In this document: piece after piece, positions 8,268 to 17,417 of the stretch | How positions within the stretch are numbered: position 1 is the first letter of the stretch | Layout: the number at the start of each line of letters is the position of its first letter | IMG/VR virus record: IMGVR_UViG_3300016722_000151 | Location: 1 to 36,447 of that record | Strand: one strand, 5' to 3' | From: a virus | Lineage: Duplodnaviria; Caudoviricetes | Length of the DNA: 36,447 nucleotides | Notes under the pieces: model-generated | Told to the model about the DNA's origin: nothing | The model's input: the letters and a program-made list of their open reading frames with translations, nothing else | The model's database searches: none | Position numbers and translations under genes: made by a program

Positions 8268-10552
8268 TAATGTACCCCCTCTGCCATTGCCACCATTTGC
8301 TCTTCAATGCTAGTGCGCAAATAATTTGAAATTGAATCAAGGTCAGCCGCTGACGAAACAGTATTGTTATTTTGCATATCCACTTTGATTTCGGCTGTGG
8401 TAAATCGATTGATAACCTCCTGCTCAGCAATTTGACGCAAATACTTAAGGTTGTCATTAGTAGCCGTTACCGCATCAGCCGTATCCTTTGTATTAGCCGC
8501 TGTCGCCGCTGTGTTAGCGGGTATATTGGATGTAGCCGTCCCCGTTGTCCCTGGTGTATTTACATTATTAATGGCTCCATTATTAGCATTTGCCGTGTTA
8601 AGACCTTTTTTTAATGAATCAGTAATGCTGGATAAATTCATACTGTTTTGAATATTTTCACCTGTTTTATAACCAGAAGAAAAGGCTTGCGAGCCCCATC
8701 CTTTTTCAAATGTATCAAAAGTGTTAAACCCTTTATTCCATGCGTTGCCGATATCAGCATCATAGGTATTGAATCCTTTGTTCCATGCATCGCCAATATC
8801 TTGATAATCAATCTTATCTGATTCTGTTTTTTTCTTAGCGTTCCTGTACTTTTCTAAGTTCTTTTCCAAGCCTGACGTATCAATGTTTATTTTAAATATC
8901 CCAAGCACGGTGTTACATAAATCTGCTATTTTTTTAATTCCAACGGTGAGGGTTTCCATAAACCCAAAAAACTTTCCTTGAACGTAAAGAATCAAATTAA
9001 CAGCACCTGCTTTGATATTGTGACATATAGCTTCCACCGAATTCCAAATACCAATGCCCAAGTTTGCAAACCAAAAGCCAATAGCTTTTATACTATCCCA
9101 AATGGCAATACCCAAATTAGCAATCCACAATCCGACGTTTTTAAATACTGCTCCCAACCAATAGATACTACCAACGATGACGCCCATGGCTGAAACATGT
9201 CTGTTTTGTGCTTTATTGATCCAAGCAATCACCAAAAATATAGCCGCAATAACTAAGATAATCGCTAATACAATCCATGTAAGGGGGCAAGCAAGCAGAG
9301 CTGCGTTTAAACCATACTGAGCGACCATAGCACCAAAAGTTGCCCCTTCTTCCATTGCCAAAGACACTGCATGAACGTTTGACGCTAGTGTAGATGCTCC
9401 TTTTGCTATAGCACTAATTGTATCTGCAATTGTAGCTGCACCCATTGCAATCGCATAAAGTCCAAGCGCAAACACAACTCCCATTATAATCGGTTCAATG
9501 ATTGACCAGTTATTCGCCACGAATCCCGCCACTTGTGCTATTAAATCAAATATTGTCAGCACCACATTGGCAACCGTCGCTAATGCACCCATAGCGTTAT
9601 TGACAAACGCCGTAAATTGAGGATTATTCGCTAGTTCAGAAAGCTTTGTCAAAACCGGTTGGAACGCCATAATGGCATTATTCTTAAAAGCATTCCACAC
9701 CTGGGCGAACGTCATCGGCATTTGTGCGAATTTGGCATTTGTTTCATCCGCCGCCGATAACAAAGCCTTTTTAACAATATCCGCTGTAATTTGTCCATCT
9801 GCCGCCATTGTCCTGAGCTGGCCTATTGGTTTTCCCATATAATCGGCAACCGCTTGCATAACATTTGGTGCCGCTTCAAACACCGCATTAAATTCTTCAC
9901 CTCGAAGCACTCCAGAACCCAATGACTGCGTTAATTGCAAGGTAGCTGAACTCATTTCTTCTTGACTCGCTCCTGCTATGTTAAACATCTTATTTAATGT
10001 TTCACTAAAGGATACCACTTCTTTGCTACTGGAAAAGGCGTCTTTCGCACGAAGTCCAAATTGTGCTACGGCATTGGCCGTATCCGTATAGGCGGCTCTG
10101 GACCTTTAAGCTGACTGAAAAATTTCATTTTGCAGTTCCCCAGTGGTTTGCATGCCATCGTTCATCATGTTAAGTCTGGCGCTTGTTTGTGTTAACGTAT
10201 CAGATAAATTAATAACCTTGCCCGCTGACTGCAGAGTCACATACGCGGCGGCGGCAGTAAGAACCTTTTTGCCTAACCCATCCATTGCAGAAGTTCCACC
10301 ATTTACTTTGCTATTAAACCCCTCTTGCGTTGATTCATTTTGATGAATGTTGGCTGTCATGGTATCAAGCTGTACATTTGCTTGTGCCAGTGCTTGCCTC
10401 GGTGCGTCAAATTCGGCGCTATTAAATGACTCGTTGCAGGTTGATTGCATTCGCTGAAAGCCTGATATTGTCATATTAAGCGCATTGCTAATGTTTCGAA
10501 GTGCGCTTGACATGCCATCGTTTAATGCAATCGTGGACCTGATTGCTCCCAT
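8267..10552 (-). pseudogene. Tape measure protein (about 761 codons) interrupted by one in-frame TAA at 10106-10108
   Basis: ORFs 10106..10552 and 8267..10018 share a frame; reading through gives [30 protein letters not shown]...LRGEEFNAV, a continuous tape-measure domain. Confidence 0.8.
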
Positions 10553-10556
10553 TTAC

Positions 10557-10739
10557 TCACCGCCTTTTCATCCTTTTTTCCTGTTCTTTTTCTGCTTTGA
10601 TTTTTATGTTAATGGCTGCAATAATAAAAGCCTTCTCGTTTTCGGGAAGGCTTACATAAGTACTCGGTAATATATGAAATTTGTGGAGGCAGTAAAACGC
10701 ATAATTTGCTTCAGCACTGCCTCCCTCTATTAGTTTTTT
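10557..10739 (-). CDS. -1 frameshift extension of the tail assembly chaperone (gpGT-like)
   Basis: Slippery A AAA AAC (10733-10739) just before the stop; -1 frame KLIEGGSAEANYAFYCLHKFHILPSTY...EKAFIIAAINIKIKAEKEQEKRMKRR* ends at the tape-measure RBS. Confidence 0.8.
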   Translation of the reverse strand, partial: KKLIEGGSAEANYAFYCLHKFHILPSTYVSLPENEKAFIIAAINIKIKAEKEQEKRMKRR

Positions 10740-11161
10740 GCCTGTTCCACTTTCTCGTCCATACTCTCAGTAAACCCATTAAAGTTCTGAACAAATTCAC
10801 CTAAAGCGTTGTATTCACCTGGATCATCTACCATGGCGATTAATAAATCCTCTGGAGTTTTAACGCCGTAGCTATCTTGAAGTTCAGCGTTATAAAGATT
10901 CGGCTCTACAATAGATGCCGCCGTCATTTTCGCTAAGTACTTACCCGTTTCAATTCTCTGGCGGAACATTCCTGGTTTACCTGTGACCTGTATCTCCTTG
11001 GTGCAACTGTCACGAATATCTTCGTTTTCCTTGGTCGTTAGTGGTTTAATGGTCCACAATACCGGATTACCATCTGCGTCTAATAGGCTTTTGGTAGCCG
11101 CATAGGTGATGTTCTCTTTCTCTTTCTTGTTTTTCTTTAAAAATAAGCTTAAATCACTCAT
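10730..11161 (-). CDS. Tail assembly chaperone (XkdN-like)
   Basis: Position between tube and tape measure; PNL..AELQDSYGV...PGEY...NGF..KVEQAKN. Confidence 0.88.
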   Translation of the reverse strand: MSDLSLFLKKNKKEKENITYAATKSLLDADGNPVLWTIKPLTTKENEDIRDSCTKEIQVTGKPGMFRQRIETGKYLAKMTAASIVEPNLYNAELQDSYGVKTPEDLLIAMVDDPGEYNALGEFVQNFNGFTESMDEKVEQAKN

Positions 11162-11204
11162 ATTATATCCTCCTCAAATTTTAATTTTTTCATTTTATTG
11201 CAAC

Positions 11205-11233
11205 AAAAAAGCACCTGAAAAAATCCAGATGCT
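11205..11233 (-). terminator. Moron terminator
   Basis: AGCATCTGGA-TTTT-TTCAGGTGCT-TTTTT. Confidence 0.75.
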
Positions 11234-11266
11234 CTGTACTTATTATTTTTAATTGATATGGCAACC

Positions 11267-12097
11267 CTATATCTCCGAGACAGGTAACGTTGTAACTAAA
11301 TCCTGCATATAAAACTCAATCGATGAATTGGTTCCTCTCATTCTGATACCACTATATTTGCTATTAAAATCGTAGGTATCATCTCCACCTGTGCTTTTTT
11401 CCGAAGTTGTTTTACCATAATCCCCATCAAAGTCAGTAACCTCATAAAAACATTTTCCAAGCTTTCCACCCCTGTAGTCATAAAAGCCCACAGGACCAAT
11501 ATTAGGGTCATTATTGAATGTCAGCTTGATTTTTGACTGCAAATCGCCAATACTCATCCAACCATCAACAGTAAACTTTTTTACAAGATCGGATATGAAT
11601 GTGTTCTCAGAACGAGCATCTGAAAAACTTTCATGACTATACGTACCAATATACACTGCGTTTGAATCAGCATCCCAATCAGCAGCGGCATCAAGCCATT
11701 CGCTAACATCTCTAACAGGTAACATCGTTTTCCCACCAATTATTCGTGGAGAAACGTTCAAGGAAACTGATTGACCGTCCACCAATGCTTGTCTTTTCCC
11801 AATCCACATCTCAACCGTTCTTGTTTTTGTACTCTCAGCATCTGTATCAATATCGACATAATAGAGAGTTTTTGTTAAAGTTATCTTTTGAGTGCTACTA
11901 TCCCAAGATACAGTGGCATTTAAAGCTTCAGAAATAGCACGAACAGGGACCAGTGTTCTATCATCTACGATAATGCCATTCGATTTTAAAGCCTCTCCAT
12001 TAACATCCACTTTAACCTTATGATAACTAGCAGAAGCACACATTGGAATCGTCAAAACCATCACACACGCAAGCAAAATCGCCACAAATTTCTTCAT
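11267..12097 (-). CDS. Moron: secreted copper-amine-oxidase N-terminal (stalk) domain protein
   Basis: Sec signal peptide ending ASA; two RTLVPVR/KTMLPVR..E.L.A.V.WD half-repeats; unrelated C-terminus. Confidence 0.85.
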   Translation of the reverse strand: MKKFVAILLACVMVLTIPMCASASYHKVKVDVNGEALKSNGIIVDDRTLVPVRAISEALNATVSWDSSTQKITLTKTLYYVDIDTDAESTKTRTVEMWIGKRQALVDGQSVSLNVSPRIIGGKTMLPVRDVSEWLDAAADWDADSNAVYIGTYSHESFSDARSENTFISDLVKKFTVDGWMSIGDLQSKIKLTFNNDPNIGPVGFYDYRGGKLGKCFYEVTDFDGDYGKTTSEKSTGGDDTYDFNSKYSGIRMRGTNSSIEFYMQDLVTTLPVSEI

Positions 12098-12129
12098 CCC
12101 AAAATCCCCCTCAATATCTAATATATACC

Positions 12130-12158
12130 ATTATATCACGGGGGAATTCATGAATCAA
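12130..12158 (-). promoter_or_regulatory. Sigma-A promoter of the tail-region moron
   Basis: TTGATT-N17-TATAAT with extended TG. Confidence 0.75.
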
Positions 12159-12169
12159 CTTTTTTAACA

Positions 12170-12646
12170 TTATTTCATGCCATCTAATAGGGTAAATGAC
12201 TTCGGCATAGAGAAATCCTCAAAGGTAAAGTCCATGTCCTCATCTAATGGATCTGAACTTGACGCATCAAACTTCGCTAGTATCCCACCGTCGATATTAC
12301 ATCCCGATAGAATAATAGTCTGACTGCCGGCATCGCTTGTCGGGTCCTCATTGGTAATTTGCATCTCAAAATAAGTATCGATACCTGTATCTTTAAAATC
12401 AAGCATCAGCTGTCTAAAAATGCTGGTGTTATAGTGGAAAGTAGCCGATCCGGTACCTTTCCAACCAGTAGCTTTATTGCCGGAACCAGTCTTGCCTAAG
12501 ATAGCTACCTCGGTCTTTGTTTTCTCGAACTTCGCTTCTATATTAATGGCTTGCATAAAATTATAACGATTACCGCTAATCGTCACAAAGCATTCCGCTA
12601 GTTTAGCCGAAACACTATCTTTGGCGTTCATTGTCACGTTATCCAT
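12170..12646 (-). CDS. Tail tube protein (XkdM-like)
   Basis: K.TGWKGTG, NEDPTS, DFTFEDF motifs; follows sheath. Confidence 0.92.
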   Translation of the reverse strand: MDNVTMNAKDSVSAKLAECFVTISGNRYNFMQAINIEAKFEKTKTEVAILGKTGSGNKATGWKGTGSATFHYNTSIFRQLMLDFKDTGIDTYFEMQITNEDPTSDAGSQTIILSGCNIDGGILAKFDASSSDPLDEDMDFTFEDFSMPKSFTLLDGMK

Positions 12647-12660
12647 AATTTGTTCCTCCC

Positions 12661-13956
12661 TTACTGTACTGTCACGGTCATATATAGCTGTTCCATGGCG
12701 TTTATAACAGTTACTGCGTCTGATACAACAACAGATTTTTTGGTGTCTCCTGCGCTAACGACAATATCAGAATCCTTGAAATTCTCAATTGCTCTTAGTG
12801 TCAACAACTGTTTATGATGCTTTACAATATCCGCCCACAAAGATACGCGACCAGCGCTGTCGTTTGGAATCTTTCCTAAATACTTTGTATTGAAAAGAAC
12901 AGCAATATCATTGGCAATCTGGTCAATGACGCGAATCGTTTGGTTAGATTTAAAGATGTCGCCCTTATCGTCTGTCGTCGTGACAAGGCTGTTAATGTCC
13001 TCTAATACACGAATGTCCGAATTAACCTTATGAAAAGCAAATTCGCCCGCTTTGATGCACGCTTCCAACTGGATTTGCGTGTAACTAGCATCAATGGTAA
13101 ATTCGCCATCATACAGTTTGTTGGTATTACTTGAGCTAACACTGCATCCTGCAATGATACCGCAAACCCAATAGACTAAACCTGCCTCTATTTCAGTAGC
13201 TTTGTTTTTCACATTCACAACGCCCTCATAATCTGCCGCACTGCTATATACCACGCATTGGAATTTCTGGCCCATTTCATCACGTAACCGTTTGCAGAAA
13301 GCTACATATAAGGATTTAGTGGTGTTATCGGTTGTCACAACACCCATAGCATTGTAAGAATAGCTCTCAATTTTCGATAAGTAATCTTGATGTGATGTAC
13401 CGCTGACTGTGCCATTTGTGCCACCGGTTAATGGCGTTTTAGCCGTAACCGCTAGAGTTGCCGCTTTAAAATCCACATAATCGTTTGATTTTAGATCAGA
13501 AGCTTTCGCTACAGTTTGACTATCTACTTTGACGGTACCTAAAAAAGTCGTTACGTCATACTTCGTTGCCTCATCCACGTTAGCCTGAATGACAATAGCC
13601 AAATCATTACCGCGCACGCCACAATATTTTGCGGTCGCAAATGTGTTTGATGCCTTTACACCACCACTTGTGAGTTTGTATGCATATAGAGTTTTGATGT
13701 TTAAGAATAAATCTCTTAAACCTTTCATTTTATCGTCTGAGTACGAGTATCCAAAAATCTTTAAAGAATTTTTCAAAAAATCTGATACAGTCACGGTTAT
13801 AACCTCATTGTCAACGCCCCAGTCAAGCTCTAGTGGCATAGTTGCCACACCCCTGTCTGCTAGACTAGCGCTTGCTTTTGCGGCGCTTACAAAGTTCATA
13901 TAAGTACCCGGCAAAATTTTATTTTGACTTGTAAAAGTACCTCCGCCTAATGCCAT
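12661..13956 (-). CDS. Tail sheath protein (XkdK-like)
   Basis: MALGGGTF..QNKILPG.Y.NF, DINSL, RVIDQIAND, AMEQLYMTV. Confidence 0.95.
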   Translation of the reverse strand: MALGGGTFTSQNKILPGTYMNFVSAAKASASLADRGVATMPLELDWGVDNEVITVTVSDFLKNSLKIFGYSYSDDKMKGLRDLFLNIKTLYAYKLTSGGVKASNTFATAKYCGVRGNDLAIVIQANVDEATKYDVTTFLGTVKVDSQTVAKASDLKSNDYVDFKAATLAVTAKTPLTGGTNGTVSGTSHQDYLSKIESYSYNAMGVVTTDNTTKSLYVAFCKRLRDEMGQKFQCVVYSSAADYEGVVNVKNKATEIEAGLVYWVCGIIAGCSVSSSNTNKLYDGEFTIDASYTQIQLEACIKAGEFAFHKVNSDIRVLEDINSLVTTTDDKGDIFKSNQTIRVIDQIANDIAVLFNTKYLGKIPNDSAGRVSLWADIVKHHKQLLTLRAIENFKDSDIVVSAGDTKKSVVVSDAVTVINAMEQLYMTVTVQ

Positions 13957-13957
13957 G

Positions 13958-14152
13958 CTACTTCACCCTACCTTTCATATATTTATCTATTTCGCTTTGC
14001 GCTTGTTCAATGGTATAGGTCTTGCCCTCTTCCAAAACAGCGCTCAAAACATCTCTGCGGTCACTGAATCTTTTGCATGAAAAAAGTTGCTCTTTTGTAA
14101 AAGCAACTGGTTCATTAGTATTCGTAACCGATTCTGGCTCTTTTGCATCCAT
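13958..14152 (-). CDS. Small conserved tail-region protein
   Basis: FTKEQL..K.F...D.L.A.L....YT; start moved to MDAKEP. Confidence 0.65.
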   Translation of the reverse strand: MDAKEPESVTNTNEPVAFTKEQLFSCKRFSDRRDVLSAVLEEGKTYTIEQAQSEIDKYMKGRVK

Positions 14153-14157
14153 TATCA

Positions 14158-14583
14158 TCACCCTTTCGTGTTTGTATTTTGCGTTAAATCGCCCATGTTT
14201 TCTTGCTCTTCCTTGCGGAGCGTGAAACAATTATACGTGATAAACACGCTTAAAACCTCGTTGGCATATTCGCTATGTATCTCTGTTCCTCGTATATAAG
14301 CTTCGTCTGCTTTGATGACCTCCAAGCACTCGGATAATGTTTCAAACACCGCATTGCACTCAGATTTCTTCTCGGTGGTACTCGGAAAATATTGTACACA
14401 GATGGGTGTGGAATGATGAAACTTATCCCCAAGATATCTTTGGTTTGTGGGAGATAAACAAAAAACAGAAAAGCAAGGCTCGGTTAGCCCTTGCTCAATG
14501 CTTTCCGTGTAAATCTCATAGCCGGCGCCGAATGTACTCGAAAGTGCCAGGCATACGCCATCAATAACACTATTTATCATCAA
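14158..14583 (-). CDS. Tail terminator/completion protein
   Basis: IY.E.I.QG..EPCF and VQYFP motifs; synteny. Confidence 0.75.
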   Translation of the reverse strand: MMINSVIDGVCLALSSTFGAGYEIYTESIEQGLTEPCFSVFCLSPTNQRYLGDKFHHSTPICVQYFPSTTEKKSECNAVFETLSECLEVIKADEAYIRGTEIHSEYANEVLSVFITYNCFTLRKEEQENMGDLTQNTNTKG

Positions 14584-15022
14584 AACATTCCCCCAACATC
14601 TTCATAAGCTTTTTTTCGATTATCTGCGGAGCTTGCCGTTCAATCTCCATCTCGGAAATGGTCAGCATAAGCTTGCCGGAAACCCAACCCTTATGATTGG
14701 CTGTCCTATGCCCAAACTCCACATAATCCGCGTATTCAGTGGGATTAATAATCTCAATCTCATAGTTTTTCCCGACATGCTTAACCTCAATATTCTTATT
14801 GGCTTTCGACCAATTTCGGCGCAATGTTCCACCTTTTTTGCCACTATCAGCCGCGTACTGCCCAACTGGCGTGCGCTTTATCGCTTTAGAAAGAAGTCTT
14901 GCCGCAACCTCTTTGGCGCAAGCTTCACAAAACTTATCAATTTGGCTTTGCTCCAACTTATTGATGCGTTCCTGTAACTTTTTTAGCTCGTCAAAGTTGC
15001 AATTCCCGAAACTGCCCATCAT
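14570..15022 (-). CDS. HK97 gp10 family neck protein
   Basis: KRTPV..GGTLRRNW, NPTEYADYVEFGHR. Confidence 0.88.
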   Translation of the reverse strand: MMGSFGNCNFDELKKLQERINKLEQSQIDKFCEACAKEVAARLLSKAIKRTPVGQYAADSGKKGGTLRRNWSKANKNIEVKHVGKNYEIEIINPTEYADYVEFGHRTANHKGWVSGKLMLTISEMEIERQAPQIIEKKLMKMLGECFDDK

Positions 15023-15387
15023 GCCCACCCCTCAAATAGCTCTAGACTGATTTCTTGGTGACTATCATACACAGCCGGTTTGCCTGTGTTTTTATAATCC
15101 ATGGCGCGCCCATTTTGCGTAATGGTCATTTTAGATCCTGGTTTTACAACGATGTCGGGTGACAAAAACACTTTCACGCTTTGTGTCACGCTTACGGCAA
15201 CCTCATCGCTATTAGCGGATTTAGACGTCGCAAACGATAAACGACACGGCTCATTTTCGAGCACTACGCTATCCGTAAAGCCAGTCGAGCCATTACCCTT
15301 TTTAATCTTTTGATGCTCGGTAACGGTACAAGTACCAGTGTATTGAGATTCAATGGCGCGTCTTACCATCTTAGCTTGCGATAACAT
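15019..15387 (-). CDS. Head-tail adaptor/head closure protein
   Basis: PCRLS, KVFLSP..VKPGS, SHQEI; synteny; start uncertain. Confidence 0.75.
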   Translation of the reverse strand: MLSQAKMVRRAIESQYTGTCTVTEHQKIKKGNGSTGFTDSVVLENEPCRLSFATSKSANSDEVAVSVTQSVKVFLSPDIVVKPGSKMTITQNGRAMDYKNTGKPAVYDSHQEISLELFEGWA

Positions 15388-15761
15388 AGTATCTCTCCCT
15401 CTCCTGCACCCATGAGGCTTGATAAAAGCTCGTCTAATCGCTCTTCAGGTGTTTTATCCCCCGCGCCGATGGCAAACGTCACAGTGGTATCCCCTGTGCT
15501 AATTTGCTTTGCAACGGTCTCCACATCAAAACCGTTTAAGTGACCAAGCTGTTTTAGGTTCCATAAGAATTCACCACAAACTCGATCAACCATAATCGAA
15601 TATAGCTCTGTTGGAACTTCGGACAGATTGCACTTATGTAAGACAGCATTCTCAGCCTTACTGGTTATAATGCCAATAAAAGCTTTGTCGCTATCCGATA
15701 TATCGGGATAGGATAACGTTTTTAATCTGGCATAAACGGAATTTATAAAATCAGCATTCAT
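15363..15761 (-). CDS. Head-tail connector (SPP1 gp15-like)
   Basis: CN..EVP.EL, ISTGDTTVTF, YRKLRW. Confidence 0.75.
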   Translation of the reverse strand: MNADFINSVYARLKTLSYPDISDSDKAFIGIITSKAENAVLHKCNLSEVPTELYSIMVDRVCGEFLWNLKQLGHLNGFDVETVAKQISTGDTTVTFAIGAGDKTPEERLDELLSSLMGAGEGEILCYRKLRW

Positions 15762-15928
15762 TTACTCTCACCCCTTTGGTTTAGCCCAGCATGTGTGTAA
15801 CTGTGTAACGTACTGTGCCTGAAATGACTTAAATAACTATGGTGGACAATGGTCACCGCTAAGCTAATTTGCTCACTAACCTGTACCGAATTTTTACTAA
15901 GCTCCACGTTTTCAATCTTGATGCTCAT
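15758..15928 (-). CDS. Unannotated 56-aa protein MSIKIENVELSKNSVQVSEQISLAVTIVHHSYLSHFRHSTLHSYTHAGLNQRGESK
   Basis: Fills the gap exactly: ATG abuts the upstream stop, GAGGTG RBS, TGA overlaps the next ATG (ATGA). Confidence 0.8.
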   Translation of the reverse strand: MSIKIENVELSKNSVQVSEQISLAVTIVHHSYLSHFRHSTLHSYTHAGLNQRGESK

Positions 15929-16195
15929 TTAGCGCACCTCGATTCGCACCTGCGTTTTTAGGGTTTCATCCGCGATGACATAGGTGATGATTAGCTTATA
16001 CAGGCTCGATTTGGTGAGCGGATTTAACTTCACGTCTATGTAATGACCGTCAATGGTGCCGTCTCCGCTTTGCTCTAAAGCTGTATCCAGATACAATTCA
16101 TATTTTGCACTATGTATGGTAAATTCATCATTCTTAGACGAATGCACCAAAAACCTGACGTGTTTATCTTCACCCAGTATGAAATCAATATCCAT
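15929..16195 (-). CDS. Small beta-rich virion protein (88 aa)
   Basis: TAATG coupling to the upstream gene; alternating beta-strand pattern. Confidence 0.7.
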   Translation of the reverse strand: MDIDFILGEDKHVRFLVHSSKNDEFTIHSAKYELYLDTALEQSGDGTIDGHYIDVKLNPLTKSSLYKLIITYVIADETLKTQVRIEVR

Positions 16196-16506
16196 TAAAT
16201 CACCCCTTTGCATCGTGGATAAATCACTTCTGCCGCATAATTTTCTATCGCCCCATCAACATAGAAATTCACTCCCACATATTGAGTGAAAAACTTTATA
16301 GGCTCCAAATGAACGCATAGAGTAGTGGGGTCGACGGTAAAGAGCCACTTAGCCGCATGACCAATGTTGCCCGCCTCATCTATGGCCCAGAGTTCCACCA
16401 CATATTCACCTGATAAATCTTTAGGGACAACTGCCCTCCAGCTGTCCCCTTCTTTATAAAACGTTATGTCTTTGCCACTAATCTTACCGTTAAGTTTCGC
16501 TATCAT
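16195..16506 (-). CDS. Partial Ig-like (Big) domain protein (103 aa)
   Basis: GEYVVELWAIDEAGN Big motif; start moved to MIAKLNG. Confidence 0.75.
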   Translation of the reverse strand: MIAKLNGKISGKDITFYKEGDSWRAVVPKDLSGEYVVELWAIDEAGNIGHAAKWLFTVDPTTLCVHLEPIKFFTQYVGVNFYVDGAIENYAAEVIYPRCKGVI

Positions 16507-16510
16507 GGCT

Positions 16511-17401
16511 CTAATCCGTAACCGATACGGAAATAACAAAGGTACTTCCGGAATCAACTGGGTTCGGCGTAATAGTAACCGCGGAAATCACCGGCAAGAC
16601 AGTATCAAGCGTCACTGTTCGCGTGATAGTTGTGGATTTACTAGCGCTATCTGTTGATACAACCGTAATCGTATTGCTACCCTCGGTTAAAGTAAGACTC
16701 TTACTAAAGGTACCATCACCATTGACCGTAACAGCCGCCCCGTTAATCGTAACGGTACAAGGACTGCTCGTTAAATCATTCGTGCTACCAGTGACAACCA
16801 ATGTCGCTACATTCGTGATAAGGCCTGCACCAGGAGAAGTAATACTAAGCGCTGGCGGTACGGTATCAATCTTAAAGGTAATGCTCTTCCCAGTTGCCAC
16901 ATTGCCATCATAATCGCTCGCATCCACTTTAATCGTATGTTCACCATCGGCTAAAGCCGTAGTAGGCGCATAAGAACATGTGTAGGTATTCGACGATTTC
17001 GTCTTAGTGATACCGGAGGTGATAGCGGTTCCATCAATCGTAATTTTAATAGTATCCGGATTCACACCTGAATCAGCATCGGTCACACTGAACGCAAGTG
17101 TTGGCTTGTTATTGATAATCGTTGCACTAGCTGTCGGATAGGTAATTGTGATAACAGGCGCCACTTTTTCTTTGACAACGAGCTGAAGCTTACTGCCGAG
17201 CGTAGAATCGGTGCTATCTACCGTTGTTATATTTCCAGCGGTATCGGCTGCCTGAAGCTGCACATTGAAATAGTGTCCAGTCTGATTGTAACTAGACAAA
17301 CTAGGCGCGGTAACGGTCGTCTCATATTTTCCCGTTGAGCCATTTAATGTGAGTGTATAGACTTGCCCATTTATAACGGCCTTGACTGTATTAACAGCCA
17401 T
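16511..17401 (-). CDS. Multi-Ig-like (Big) domain virion protein, circularly permuted
   Basis: AADTAGN, DGEHTIKVDASDYDGN, LTEGSNTITV and DTVPP/DTVLP repeats; Thr/Val-rich. Confidence 0.85.
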   Translation of the reverse strand: MAVNTVKAVINGQVYTLTLNGSTGKYETTVTAPSLSSYNQTGHYFNVQLQAADTAGNITTVDSTDSTLGSKLQLVVKEKVAPVITITYPTASATIINNKPTLAFSVTDADSGVNPDTIKITIDGTAITSGITKTKSSNTYTCSYAPTTALADGEHTIKVDASDYDGNVATGKSITFKIDTVPPALSITSPGAGLITNVATLVVTGSTNDLTSSPCTVTINGAAVTVNGDGTFSKSLTLTEGSNTITVVSTDSASKSTTITRTVTLDTVLPVISAVTITPNPVDSGSTFVISVSVTD

Positions 17402-17417
17402 CGTTCATCACCCTTTC

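Noticed and set aside
8705-8800. 15-aa tandem repeat [11 protein letters not shown] in the tape measure
   Set aside because: Ordinary tape-measure periodicity
10106-10108. Stop-codon recoding as the explanation for the split tape measure
   Set aside because: TAA is the normal terminator of many genes here, no other gene shows read-through, and no suppressor tRNA is visible
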